From the human T2T-CHM13v2.0 reference genome, Homo sapiens, in assembly GCF_009914755.1 (NCBI RefSeq), contig NC_060943.1: DNA of 64,000 bases; one strand, 5' to 3'. The translations under genes were made by a program, and so were the position numbers. Below the pieces are notes generated by a model. The model saw only the letters and a program-made list of their open reading frames with translations, ran no database searches and was not told the DNA's origin. Shown piece after piece: positions 1 through 24,660 of the stretch (its first letter is position 1; each line of letters begins with the position of its first letter).

Positions 1-401
1 ATTTTCTTCAGAGCTCCACAGACTGTCTTCCAAATTGGCTGTAGAATTTTCCATTCACATCCCTAGTGAAGGAGAGTTCACTGTCTCCAGCATTTGGAAG
101 TGTCAGTGTTTTGGATTTTAGCTACTCCACCAGGTATTTGCTGGTGCTTTATTTTTGTTTTCCTTTTTTTTTCCCTTTGGAGACGGAGTTTCGTTCTTGT
201 TGCCCAGACTGGAGTACCATGGTGTGATTGAGCTCACTGCAGCCTCTGCCTCCCGGGTTTAAGCGATTCTCCTGACTCAGACTCCCAATTAACTGGGATT
301 ACAGGTGTACGCCGCCATGCATGGCTGCTGTTCGTATTATTAGTAGAGACAGGGTTTCACCATGTTGTCCAGGCTGGTCTCAAACTTTTGACCTCAGGTG
401 A

Positions 402-764
<363 letters not shown>

Positions 765-1511
765 TAGTCAGGCTGGTCTCAAACTCCTGACTTCGGTGAT
801 CCACCCGTCTCTGCCTCCCAAAGTGCTGGGATTAAGGCATGAGCCACCGTAACCGGCCTTTTGCTTATTTTTTGATTGGTTGGTTTTTTTCTTACAGAAT
901 TTTAGGAGTTCTTTATACCTTTTGGGTACAAATCCTTGATCAGATAGGTGTCTTGCAAATATTTTGTCCCTGTCTGCTGCCTCTCTTTTTCTTCTTTTAA
1001 CAAAGTCTTTTCCAAAACATTTTTGTTTTGAATGAAGTCCAATTTATCGATTTTCTCATTCACAGATCATGCTTTTTGTGTTGTGTGTGAAACCTTATTG
1101 CCAAATCCAAGGTCGTCTTGGTTTTCTCAGTGTTACGTTCTAGAAATTGTGAGTTTTGCATTTTCCATTTAAGTAAATGATTCATTAGGAAGTAGTTTTG
1201 TAAAAGGTGCAGTTCTGTGTCTAATTCATTTCTTTGCATTTGCTAATTCAGGTGTTTCAATACCATTTGTTTTGTGCCACCATGCCTAATTTTTTACTTT
1301 ATTATGGAGACAGGGTCTCCTTATGTTGCCCAGGCTGGTCTTGAACTGAGGGGCTCAAATGATCTGTCTGCCTTGGCCTCTGGGTTTGCATTTTTAGTAC
1401 ATGTCTTTATAGTAGATGTTTCTATGTTCCTAGTGCCTCTCTTGTCATCTTATGGAATCTTCTCTTTTATATTTAATTTATTGAGCATTTTTAATCATCA
1501 GGAGATATTAA

Positions 1512-1650
1512 CTTATTTATGCTGGAGGTTGCACTTTTTTGAATTGCCGACGTGTGAAAAATCAGACTTTGGCCATGACCTTAAGCAGTAGGATATAAAC
1601 AATTCCCACATGCTTAGCGTTCCAAAAAGGGAACACTAGGCATAAATTGG
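1512..1650 (-). mobile_element. MER85 piggyBac-derived MITE
   Basis: About 140 bp, flanked by TTAA (1508-1511, 1651-1654), terminal inverted repeats, internal GTTCC..GGAAC palindrome, cccacatgcttagcgttcc core. Confidence 0.88.
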
Positions 1651-1654
1651 TTAA

Positions 1655-1998
<344 letters not shown>

Positions 1999-3648
1999 TG
2001 ATTTGTTATCATTACTTATCTTAAAACAAAATGTGAAACTTATCAGCTTAAGAAATTTTACATGTACAGTTGAGATAGTTTGACAGATCTACATAAGTTC
2101 TCTAAGATGAATTCTATTGTATTTTGCTTTTTTCAATTATCCTGAGGTTTCATGCATGTTGTAGTATAGGCCAAGATGTTATTTTCTTTTTTTTTTTTTT
2201 TTTTTTGAATCGGAGTTTCACTCTTGTTGCCCAGGCTGAAGTGCAATGGTGCAATCTTGGCTCACCGCAACCTCCTGCCTCCCGGGTTCAAGCAATTCTC
2301 CTGCCTCAGCCTCCTGAGTAACTAGGTTTACAGGCATGTGCCGCCATGCCCGGGTAATTTTGTATTTTTAGTAGAGACGGCATTTCTCCATGCTGGTCAG
2401 GCTGATCTCAAACTCTGTCCCTCAGGTGATCTGCCCGCCTCAGTCTTCCAAAGTGCTGGGATTACAGGCGTCAGCCACCATGCCCGGCTAAGATGTCATT
2501 TTCTAAGAGTAAATAATATCCCATTTTATATATATGCTTACCACATTTTGTTTTTCCATTTAGCCATCAGTGGATATGTGGGTGGCTGCATTGCTCATTA
2601 CTGCCACCTCAGGAAGGTGGTATAGTGGTTAAATCTGTGCTTATGACACCTGGGTATCTCTTAAGAGTTTCTTGTTTGCCCTCTTGAGTACATACAGTGC
2701 CAGGTATTTTTTAGGAATGTCCCCTTTGCCCTGTCAGCATCTATCTAGCTACATTCTGACAGGATAACTGCAAAATGAATGATTCCTGGGCATCATAATG
2801 GAAGTTTCTTTCTACCTAGGTTATTCCCCTCCTCTCTGCTTATATCTAGCATGCCTGATTTGGGTGGTCCCTGGGGGAGTGTGATTTCCCAGGGGCTCCC
2901 CCTCCTGCTCTTTGCTACCTACATGCTTCCTCTGACAATATCATCAAAGATTACACTTTGGGAACAGGCATTTTCAAGGATACACAGCCTCAGGACTGCT
3001 AATGTTAACTTTTTCTGCATATTAATTCATAGGACTCTGTCATGACAGATGCTACAGTCCAAAGACCCACAGTCCAAAGAGACATTAGGGACAGCCCAGG
3101 CAACTCACTTTTCTCCCTGGGTTCGGTAAATACATTTCCTATCCTGCTGTGGCTTTAGCCCTTGTTCAGTTCTAGCATCACAATTGCTTTATGAACTAGC
3201 CAGGTGTGGTGGCACATGCCTGTGGTCTCAACTACTCAGGAGGCTGAGGCATGAGAATTGCATGAACCCAGGAGTAAGAGGTTGTAGTGAGCCACGATGG
3301 TGCCACTACACTCCAGCCTGGGTAACAGAACGAGACGCTGTCTTAAAAAAAACAACTGCTGGCCAGGCCTGGTGGCTCACGCCTGTAATCCCAGCACTTT
3401 GGGAGGCTGAGGCAGGCGGATCACCTGAGGTCAGCAGCCTGACCAACATGGAGAAACCCCGTCTCCACTAAAAATACAACATTAACCAGGCATGGTGGCA
3501 CATGCCTGTAATCTTAGCTACTCAGGCTGAGGAAGAAGAAGTGGTAGAACCCCGGCAGTGAGCCGAGATCACGCCATTGCACTCCAGCCTGGGCAATAAG
3601 AGTGAAAATCTGTCTCAAAAAAAAGAATTGCTTTATGGAAGAAAGTAA

Positions 3649-3939
<291 letters not shown>

Positions 3940-4112
3940 TAGTGAACCAGTGTTTCTAGCTCATCAATGCTGTTGAGTGATTTAGAACATAGACAGGAAA
4001 TACTTTGATGAATAAATGAGGTATGGCTGCAGTAAATCATGGGCATAGAATCTAATAATTTTTTCACAATTTTATACTGCCTCAGGACTATTTTTCTGTG
4101 TCTATATTTTAG

Positions 4113-4173
4113 GAAAAAGTTGGAAAGACCAGAACATTGAATATGAGTACCAAAACCCCAGGAGAAACTTCAG
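4113..4173 (+). CDS. ZNF69: KRAB-B-type exon (61 bp)
   Basis: ttttag acceptor, (G)[19 protein letters not shown](R), gtaatt donor; phases match the flanking exons. Confidence 0.9.
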
Positions 4174-4803
4174 GTAATTTGTACTTACAAGACAAAGCAG
4201 TGTCTCTCTAGACAATCTTAGAATATGACAATATATTAAAAATAAGTAAAAGAACTAAGTCCAGGATCAAATACATTTATTTTTAGAATATTTGATCAAA
4301 AAACATATATATAAATGTGACCTAGGCTGTGGGCTCACTCCTGTAATCCCAATCCTTTGAGAAGTGGAGATAGGAGGATAGCTTGAGGCCAGCAGTTCAA
4401 GAACAGCCTGGGCAACATAACGAGACCACATATCAACAACAGCAAAAAATTAGCTGGGCATTGTGGTCTGTAGTCCCAGCTACTCAGGAGGCTGAGGCAG
4501 GAGGATCACTTGAGCCAGTAAAGGCTGCAGTAAGCTATGATGATATCACTGCACTCCAGTGTGGGCAACAGGACGAGACCCCTAAATAAAAGAAAAATGA
4601 CACAGAGTATTTAGTATTTGTAAAATAGTTTACATGGGAAGAGTATTAAGAAGCCCCATATAAACAGTTTTTTAAATAATAGTTATGGCTGGGTCACCTT
4701 GTACAATGGGTTGTCCAGTCACCTTCAAACAATTCAGACAGGGCAGAAAGCCTACACTTTGATGGACAGTGTTAAAAATGCAAGTTCAGTACTTGTTGAT
4801 TAA

Positions 4804-6306
<1,503 letters not shown>

Positions 6307-6463
6307 GGGAAAGCCTTCAGATCTGCCTCACACCTTTGAATGCATGGTAGGACACACAATCAAGAGAAACCATGAATGTAAAGAATGTGGGAAACCCTTC
6401 AGGTCTGCCCAGAACCTTCGAATTCAGTAAAGGACACAAGCACACATAAGAATGCATTCTGGA
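6307..6463 (+). pseudogene. Two disabled zinc-finger repeats downstream of the ZNF69 stop
   Basis: Finger-like sequence with TGA (about 6337), a 2-bp deletion (about 6371) and TAA (about 6428). Confidence 0.85.
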
Positions 6464-13043
<6,580 letters not shown>

Positions 13044-13127
13044 TAATGAATGTAAACAATTAACTGTTTGTAATAACTGTATACTAACAAATGTTATCTT
13101 TAAATAATTAAGAAGCTATAATAGTAA

Positions 13128-13413
13128 GGCCGGGTGCGGTGGCTTATGCCCGTAATCCCACCAGTTTGGGAGGCCAAGGCAGATCACGAGGCCAGGAGAT
13201 CGAGACCATCCTGGTTAACATGGTGAAACCCTGTCTCTACTAAAAATACAAAAAATTAGCCAGGCGTGGTGGTGGGTGCCTGCAGTCCCAGCTACTCGGC
13301 AGGCTGAGGCAGGAGAATGGCATGAATCCAGGAGGCAGAGCTTGCAGTGAGCCAAGATTGCGCCACTGCACTCCAGTCTGGGCGACAGAGTGAGGCTCCG
13401 TTTCAAAAAAAAA
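13128..13413 (+). mobile_element. AluY-like element after the relic finger array
   Basis: Alu dimer with aagctataata TSD; absent at the paralogous site near 50935. Confidence 0.85.
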
Positions 13414-13590
13414 AGCTATAATAAAATATCCCATTGGTGTCATGTATTAGATCAACCTTATACTGTTAAATTGTTATTATTTGGACATTGTGAGTCAGTA
13501 TAACCATGTGGATAAAATGCCAGGCATCTTTTTTTTTTCGGAAATTTTACTTTTCATGCTTATGTACTTACATTTTTATCTCAACCCTAA

Positions 13591-13897
<307 letters not shown>

Positions 13898-14949
13898 CAA
13901 CCCTAATTTTTCATTCAGTCATAATACCAACAGTTATCTCATGTACCTCTGAGTGCCTTCTTCCCAAAAGCCAGCAGTACCATACCTGCTGTCAGCAAGT
14001 GTGTAATATACCATAGTGATAAATATGACCAAAAGCCATAAATGACTGTGAGATGTATGAGAATGACACGTCACATTAGTAAGAAGAGAAAAATTTTGGC
14101 CATGTTTATGATTTGAAATATGTTTTCCTCTATCACATTTAGAAATATAGTTACAAAATGCCCTTAGTTTTATCCTGATTCATCATGGTCACTGAGGAGC
14201 ATCGTCTCATATGCCTGGTATGTGACATGTGTCTCTTCAACAGTAAAAGACTTGGCATTGGCTGGGCATGGTGGCTCACGCCTGTAATCCCAGCACTTTG
14301 GGAGGCCGAGGTCAGGAGTTAGAGACCATTCTGACCAATATGATCAAACCCCGTCTCTACTAAAAATACAAAAATTAGCGGGGTGTGGTGGCATGCTCCT
14401 GTAATCCTAGCTATTCAGGAGGCTGACGCAGGAGACTTGCTTGAATATAGGAGGCAGACGTTGCAGTGAGCCGAGGTCACACCATTCACTCCAGCCTGGG
14501 CAACAAGAGCGAAACTCCGTTTCAAAAAAAAAAAAAATGACTTGGACTTGTGGTGAGGGGAGGTCATCTGTAGACTCCTGGACCTGTTTTTGCCTTACTT
14601 ATTCTCTAAAGACTGAAATATTTCCTAAAATGTATGGGCACTGTTTACCAGAAAGTACCTTAGTTAAAACATAAAATCATTTATGCCTTATAAAGCTATA
14701 TTTTTTCAATTGCTTTACTGAGTCATAGGAGGCTAATAAATTTGTGTAAATTGTCTAAATACAAGCCTGTCTTTCTCTGATAATGTGCTGCTGAGGCTAA
14801 CTTGTCAACAGCCTGCTTATCTCAGCAGTGTAAAGTTAACAGCAACATGGAAAAGTTTCTTTTATATATTATGCAACGGCTTAGAACAATTCAGTCACTT
14901 CCTTTAAGGTACCAATGAAGCTGCTCTTCAGAAACGCTTATTTAAAACT

Positions 14950-16182
<1,233 letters not shown>

Positions 16183-16527
16183 CTACTCACATTGACCATT
16201 GGAGGAGCCCTTTATACTGAGAGAACCTCAGAGCCCCGGAAAGCTAGGGATCCACAGGCAGATGCAGTACTCAGTGATGCCCTCTGCAAGTGATAGTTTT
16301 TGTCTTGGGGCTTTTTCCAGACATTCTAGTGAAACAAATGTGGGTTTAGGTAAGAAATAACTTTTAATTCTAGACCTTGAAGCCAGCTTGTCATTAAAAC
16401 AGTTCATAACAAAAAAGTCTAGGTACTGAACTTGTAAGTAAAAATAGAAATATTAAATAAATATCTTAAAAGATATTAAATAAATACATAAAATGTGCTT
16501 GTATATAGGCTTAGAAGGGGTCAGTCA

Positions 16528-16800
<273 letters not shown>

Positions 16801-17079
16801 CTACAGAACAAGACTGTCTCAAAAAAAGAAAAAAGTTCAGGGACCTGGAGGAAGGAGAGAAACTGAAGCATGCTTTGGTAGATAGATATTTCATTTTGAC
16901 TAAAGATCACTAAAGAGAAAACTGTTCACCTAATGGTTTGTGAGGTAAATACTGGAATATCTAGTGGGTGTCTGGTTTGTCATAGGTAACAAACGTAGCA
17001 CCATCTAAGTCATCATGGGAAGCTTGTTTCATTGTAGTAAGGTGCTCTTGCACAACACAAAGGATGGGGGATTTCATGA

Positions 17080-17480
17080 ATCACAGCCATTTTCAGGATT
17101 GCCCACCCACCCCCATCTCCTTTCCACACCCCTTACTCTTTTTCTATCCATGTCTTTGATTTGACTCGTCCTGAGTTGTATCCTTCATAGTAAGTGGGTA
17201 AATGTAAGTGAACTGTGGGTAGTTCTATCAAATTATGGAACTTGAGTAAGGTGTTGTACAGGACCCAGGTCTAGATGCAGTTGCTGAGAAGTACAGGTGG
17301 CCCCTGGGGCTTTGACTTGCATCTGCCAAGTGGGGCTGTGTTGGGTGAGCCAGGAACTCATGGAGTCTCTGCTAACTCTGGGTGGCTTCTGAATTGCATG
17401 GTTACATAACTGCTTAGTGCTGGAGAATTGATTGGTGTTCAGCAAGCACCACACATTTGATGTCAGGCAAAAAGACAGCA
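17080..17480 (+). mobile_element. Old LTR fragment, MER21-like
   Basis: Resembles the MER21-group LTR 3' half (gtaaatgtaagtg...agaagtacaggtggccc...ccacacatttg); paralog at about 58310-58700. Confidence 0.45.
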
Positions 17481-18180
17481 TAGGTCAGAACCTTCCACTG
17501 ACTCACAGTGAGCGAGTGGTCTTTGGTGGGCATTGAGACCCTGGTGGAAGGACTGTGTCCACACTGTGGGGAGGGGCCAGCAGGGTGTGTGTGGAATTCC
17601 CAGAAGTAATTTTCTGACTGCTCACATTTCCTTCACACACTACCTAGGAGTGGGCCAGCCTGGCCTGTGTCTCCACGGTCCAAGTGGTTCCTAAGCTTGA
17701 AAATGTGTAACTATTGGAGTGTGGGTTTCCTTGTGAGCTGTGGGTGAGGCAGGCTGCCTACCTGAGCTGCCTCCCTTTTGTTTTTTTACAGAATCTTGCT
17801 GCCATGGAATTGCTCTTTCCCCACGCATCTGAGAATTTATTTATTTGTTTGTTTGTCTATTTTTCAGATAGAATCTCACTCTGTGGCCAAGGCTGGATCA
17901 GTGGCGTGATCTCGGCTCACTGCAACTTGCCTCCCAGATTCTCCTGGCTCAGCCTCCTGGGTAGCCGGGACTGCTGGCACAAGCCACCACACCCTGCTTT
18001 TTTTTTTTTTTTTTTGAGACAGTCTTGCTCTGTCACCCAGGCTGGAGTGCAGTGGCAGGATCTCGGCTCACTGCAACCTTTGTCTCCTGGGCTCAAGCAA
18101 CTGTCCTACCTCAGCCTCCTGAGTAGCTGGGATTATAGGCACCTGCAACCACACTCAGCTAATTTTTGCATTTTTAGTAG

Positions 18181-18300
<120 letters not shown>

Positions 18301-19047
18301 TGATCTTATTGACAATGCTTTTCTTGTTTTTATTCCTAACTGGAAATACAACACAAAGTTTTACACATTGGGAAATAATTGCTGGGTTGTAGATTATGGG
18401 TAAATTCAAATTTACTAGGAAATGTCAGTACAGTATGAATGTAACTTATGAATTAACCATCTCACCTTTCATGCACGTGCCTTTATTCTTGTGATTTGCC
18501 AACACTTTGAATTATCTAACTCACTTTTCGTCGCCCATTTACTCTTAAACAGAATCTCTGTGTGATTATTTATTGCTTTTTATTTGTTGCCATTGGTTGA
18601 GCATTTTTCTTATATAATCTTTCATCTTCTGTGTAGCAGTATCCAGTCATCCTCTTACATTTGACTAATTTGTAGTTATCTCTCTTTTTCTCCTCGTTTT
18701 CTTTTATTTTAATTTGAGACATCCTTGCTCTGTAGCCCAGCTGGAGTGCAGTGTTCTGGTCACTCACTGCAGCATCAAGCTCCTGGGCTTGAGCAATCCT
18801 CCCACCTCGGCTTTCTGCCCAGCTAATTTTCAAAAATTTTTTGTAGAGACAAGGGTGTCACGGTTTTGCCCAGGCTGGTCTCGAACTCCCGGGCTCAATC
18901 AATCCTCTTGCCTCGGCCTCCCAAAGTGCTAGGATTGCAGACATGATCCACCATGCTCAGCAATTAGGGTTTTTTTTTTAAAACCAAGATATCTGTACAT
19001 GTTTCTGACAAATATTTTATTTAAAATCTTTAACAACTGCATACTAA

Positions 19048-19283
<236 letters not shown>

Positions 19284-19819
19284 TAGTAGAGACGGGGTTT
19301 CATCGTGTTAGCCAGGATGGTCTCAATCTCCTGCCCTCGTGATCCGCCTACCTTGGCCTCCCAAAGTGCTGGGATTACAGGCGTGAGCCACCGCGCCTGG
19401 CCCCTTGTTTTTCTTTTTTATTCTCATTTTTTCCTAGATAATTACAATACTTTTCCATGTAGTGGCTCTGGCAGCATTTTCATCCTTCATGCAATCATAC
19501 AGCTACCTCGATGTCCCTTCTCTCTGCCATTCTGAAATTAGACCTCACTCCTTTGTGACTCTTGCTCCCCATCTGCTATGTGATAAAGTCCTGTCTGATT
19601 ACATCGTCTCCAAAGCCTCTTTTTGGGCTTCTGTTTACCCCTTGGCGTGTCTTGTATTTACTCTCCTCAAAATATATACTTGGAGGCCAGGTGTGGTGGC
19701 TCACTCCTGTAATCCCAGTATTTGGGAGGCCGAGGCATGAGGATCCCTTGAGCCCAGGAGTTTAAAACCAGCCTGGGCCACACAGGGAGACCCTGTCTCA
19801 AAAACAAAACTTATACTTG

Positions 19820-20118
19820 CAAGCCCTAAACCCCAACATGGTCATATTTGGACACGAACCCTTTAGGAGATCACATACATTTATAAAGGAGGGCTCTCAC
19901 AATGGGATGAGTAAGAAGAGAGAGAGAACTCTGTCTCTCCAGCATGTGAGGACACAGCAAGAAGTCATCTAGCTGCAAGCCAGGAAGACACTCTTCACTA
20001 GGAACAAAATTGCTGGCAGCAAGATGTTGGACTCCCGAAGCTCCAGAACTGTGAGAAAAAAATTCTGCTGTTTAAGAAACTGAGTCCATGGTATTTTGTT
20101 ATACCAGCCTCAGCTAAG
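19820..20118 (+). mobile_element. MaLR LTR (MLT1A-like)
   Basis: catgtgaggacacagcaagaag, ctccagaactgtgag, ggtattttgttata motifs; paralog at about 61345-61645. Confidence 0.7.
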
Positions 20119-20338
20119 TCATCCCAAGAGTCCTCACATAAATCATATACTATCGTATATGATATCGTGCTGCATTTGGATCTACCTGGAATGTCTCCAA
20201 ATCTTCTACTTTTCCTCTTGGACCCATTGTGAGAATAGGTGTGCTTCATAGGCAACTACTGGTGATAGTAGTGATAGCCCATAACGACTTGGGACAAAAA
20301 AGGAACTTTTACTTTTTTTTTTTTTTTTTTCTTCCTGA

Positions 20339-20633
<295 letters not shown>

Positions 20634-20959
20634 TAAATATGTGTGTGTGTATTTCTCTTTTTAATAAAATAGAGACTAGTTCTCACTATGTTGCCCAAGG
20701 TGGTCATAGGCCAAACTTTTGGGCTCAAGCAATCTACCTGCCTCGACCACTCAACGTGCTGGGATTAAGGCATGGGAAACTGTGCCAGGCCAAATGAAAG
20801 AGACTTAGTGGGAGGCTGGGCGCGGTGGTTCACACCTGTAATCCCAGCACTTTGGGAGGCTGGGGGGGTGCATCACCTGAGCTCAGGAGTTCAAGACCAG
20901 CCTGGACAACGTGGTGAAACCGCATCTCTACCAAAAATACAAAAAATTAGCCGGGCATG

Positions 20960-23830
20960 GTAGTCCCATTCTCACAGTCACAGAAAGGTTCTTTCTTAAG
21001 GATTCCACCTGCTGGAAAGCATTATATACTACCAGAACTTGTTCAATTCAAGAGTGTCTGGTCTCATCTCCATGTCATAATTACAACCAAAATCCTAAAG
21101 GGACTGATTTACCACACTGTGGGTGCCATAAGGCCCAATTTTTACCCTCAGCAGCAGCTGTAACATCCCAAGTTACAGCTCTACCCTCCAAAGATGTGCC
21201 TGAGGCTTGTGCCTGCCATACTAACATGTTAATATGTCCAAAGCTTCCTGCAGAGCTGTGTCCCAGTCCCAAAGTGCCCCTTTCTAATAAGTCTATATAT
21301 TGGTCTCAAACATTGGACTCAGTGTCAGATAAATGCTCTCCAATAATCCAAAGACTAACAAATGTCTGGATTTCTTTTCTCCTTTTTTTTTTCTTTAAGA
21401 AACATAGTATGGCTCTGTTTCCCAGGCTAGAGTGCAGTGGTGGGATCATAGCTCACTGCAGAAACTCCTAGGCCCAAGGGATTCTCCTGCCTCAGCCTCC
21501 CAAGTAGCTGGGAATAAAGGCACATGCCACTATGCCCGGCTGTTTTTAAATTTTTTGTGCAGATGGAGTCTCACTATATTGCCCAGGCTGTTCTTGAACT
21601 CCAAGGCTCAAGTGATCCCCCTACCTCAGCCTCCCAAAGTGCTGAGATTACAGTCATGAACCAATGCTCCCAGCCCTGAAATGGAAAATTTCTTTTGTTT
21701 GTTTGTTTGTTTGTTTGTTTGTTTTTTGAGACAGAGTCTCACTCTGTCATCCAGGCTGGAGTGCAGTGGCATAATCTCGGCTCACTGCAACCTTCCAACT
21801 CCCGGGTTCAAGCGATTCTCTGCCTCAGCCTCCTGAGTAGCTGGGATTACAGGCACCTGCCACTACGCCCAGCTAATTTTTGTATTTTTAGTAGAGACAG
21901 GGTTTCACCATCTTGGCCAGGCTAGTCTTGAACTCCTGACCTCAGGTGATCCACCTGCCTCGACCTCCCAAAGTGCTGGGATTACAGGCATGAGCCACTG
22001 CGCCCGGCCCTGAAATGGAAATATTTCAAAGGGAAAACATCTAACGTTCAAGTTATTATCTATAGAGCAGTTAACAGGAACTATCATTTAGGGTCCATCG
22101 TGAGGCAGAAATTTAAAAATAATAAGTACTGAATTTATTTACTCCAAGAAAAGTAAAAGCTAAGGCCCAGAGTGTGGCAAGGCAAGGGTTAAAAAGAAAA
22201 AAGAAAAGCACAAGTTTTCCTCTGCCTAGCAGCTCACTTCCAGGACCTTATCAAGAAGATAACGATGTCCAAATAGCCAAGGCCAAAGGAATGGGCTCCA
22301 GACACCCCTCCCTTCCAGAGCAATGTTGAAGGAAAAAAAAAAAAGAGACAGATTCTTTTACTGTTACTCTTTTGCAAGTCTTCTTAAGCATTATTATGTT
22401 TTACAAATGTCTGTATTTAGCCAGTTCTTGTTTTTCTTTCAATGCAGCTACAAGGACACTGGCTATGCAAGGTCATAAATTATGTTATGCTATAGATTAC
22501 ATGACCTGTCACTGTATGATTAACTGCTTTTGTTTGGCATCTGTAAGACAGCGTATAAAAACCCCACTTTGTCTTCGTTCAGTCCTCAGCTTTTTGGATA
22601 TGAATCGTCTGAGCCAGTGCGTACCTAAAATATAAACAAATCCTCCTGTACTCCATATTGGTCTCTCCTTCCTCAGTTTACCACAACAATGGGATTCTAG
22701 GACACTAGGTATGAAGCAAATATGAGGAAGTTCAGGGAACAAGCTGACTTAATGATTAATGCTGAAGGTTCTGCAGCTTGGTTTAAGTTTTCTCCTCCCA
22801 TCCTCCCTGATGAATTTGATAAAGTTTAAAGGGATGGTTTCACCAGGGGCCTTTTCCATTGACTGCAAGGAGGTCATCCCTCCTGGTAAATCCTCAGTAG
22901 GCCAAGCCTCTTATGTGGCCAGAATGATCCAGTCCATAAGGAAATACCACCTGCTGTGTTTTACAATTAGACCATCCAAGGGGGTCAGGGTTTCCCCGGG
23001 GAGTCTGGTGGGCTTTTTATGGGTTTTTTTGTTTTTGATTTTTTTTTTTTTTGAGACAGTGTCTTGCTGAAGTTCAGTAACCTGATCACAGCTCACAGCA
23101 GCCTCAAACTTTGGGGCTCAAGTGATCCTCCTGCCTCAGCCTCCTGAGTAGCTGTGATTACAGGTACACACCACCTCTCCTGGCTAATTAAAAAATAGAT
23201 TTATGGAGATGGGAGTGTCTCACTTCACTGCTCAGGGTGGTCTTCAACTTCGGGCTTCAAGTGATCCTGCCACTTTGGCCTCCCAAAATGTTGGGATTGC
23301 AGGCATGAGCCATGGCACCTGGCCTCCCAGGCTGTTGTTGAAAGGTCTTTGCAATCTCTAAGAGTTCTGCAGCAGTTTATTCCCTGACAGCGAGAGTCTC
23401 ATCCTTTGATCCCATTTTGCAGCAGTAGTTGGGTGTTCACTTTTCTTTCCATAAGGAAGCAAGCTTGCCAGTGACCCTCATCCCCCTCCTCATCGATGAC
23501 TTCTTTGTCATCAGAGCCTTCCTCTTCATAAATTCCCACGGAATCCAAGTTTTCACGTCCCGATTGGGCTTAGTTATGATAGCTACTGGCTCACACAAGC
23601 TGCAACAGCACCCCGTCCCATGGAAGCCACCCGACTCTCTCCTCCCTGAGTTTCCTGTCCTGGGAGCCCCCATCTCTGCTCTCCCGGGCTCCGGGCCCTA
23701 GAGCCGCACTGCTGCAGAGCCCAGTTCCCAGGGCAGCTCCCTCCACCTATCCACATCCATCTCCAGCTCTCCACCCTCTCTCCCACCAGCCTGGCCTGGA
23801 GGTGCTGCAGTGTCATTGACTGCGAGTCCC
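20960..23830 (-). mobile_element. Degenerate class III (ERV-L-type) retroviral internal sequence, gag and pol remnants, interrupted by Alus and a solo LTR
   Basis: gag-like E*TAAELLEIAKTFQQ (about 23323-23387) and LPGETLTP/WMV*L (about 22950-23010); pol-like WALWHPQCGKSVPLGFW...IEQVLVVYNAFQQVE (about 21000-21140). Paralog at about 62500-64000. Confidence 0.6.
22101..22688 (+). mobile_element. Solo ERV1 LTR, LTR10-like (about 588 bp)
   Basis: TG...CA termini, 4-bp TSD atcg/atgg, TATA-like gtataaaaa near 22554; cleanly absent from the paralog (62951-62970 ttagggtctgtgggattcta). Subfamily name tentative. Confidence 0.75.
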
Positions 23831-24358
23831 TCAGCTGCCACCTCCACCGCGATCTGGAAGTCTTTCAAATGCCCTTAAGTTATCTTAGATTTTTCCTCCC
23901 CCACTTTATACATAAGCATAGGAGGAGAGCAGGGACTCTGCTGGTGTCTTATTTACACAATGGGATTGAAGGTGTTTGTCTCGCGAAACTAATCGATGGG
24001 GTGAGAAGTAGCTGAATAACCTGCAGGGGGCAGCAGAGCCCAAGGCCAGTGATTCCACGTTGAGGACAGTCTCTGCAGCCTGCAAAGGGAGGGAAAGAGA
24101 GTTTCCCTGGGGGCTTCGCGGGCAGCCCACCCCCTTCTACAAGTGGCCTCCAGCTGCTCAGAGCAGCTCCAGAAAGGGTGTGGATTCCGAGAAGCTGCAG
24201 AGCCCTGGAAAGCAGAAGACCCATGTGCAGACGCATTTGTGGCGTCTCTGTCCTTTCTGGTGTTGTACCTCTGGAGCTGTCTTCTGGGCAGGGTTTGGGG
24301 TTTGACATGCATGGGGTCGTTGGGGTCAGAGTTATTTGTATAGATAAAGAAAATGTGT

Positions 24359-24660
24359 GGCCGGGCGCGGTGGCTCACGCCTGTAATCCCAGCACTTTGC
24401 GGGGCCGAGGCGGGCGGATCAAGAGGTCAGAAGATCGAGACCATCCTGGCTAACACGGTGAAACCCCGTCTCCACTGAAAATACAAAATATTAGCCGGGC
24501 GTGGTGGCGGGCGCCTTTAATCCCAGCTACTCCGGAGGCCGAGGTAAGAGAATGGCGTGAACTCGGGAGGCGGAGCTTGCAGTGAGTCGAGATCGCACCA
24601 CTGCACTCCAGCCTGGGCTACAGAGCAAGACTCCGTCTCAAAAAAAAAAAAAAAAAAAGA
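24359..24660 (+). mobile_element. AluY
   Basis: CpG-rich AluY with aaagaaaatgtgtg TSD. Confidence 0.9.
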
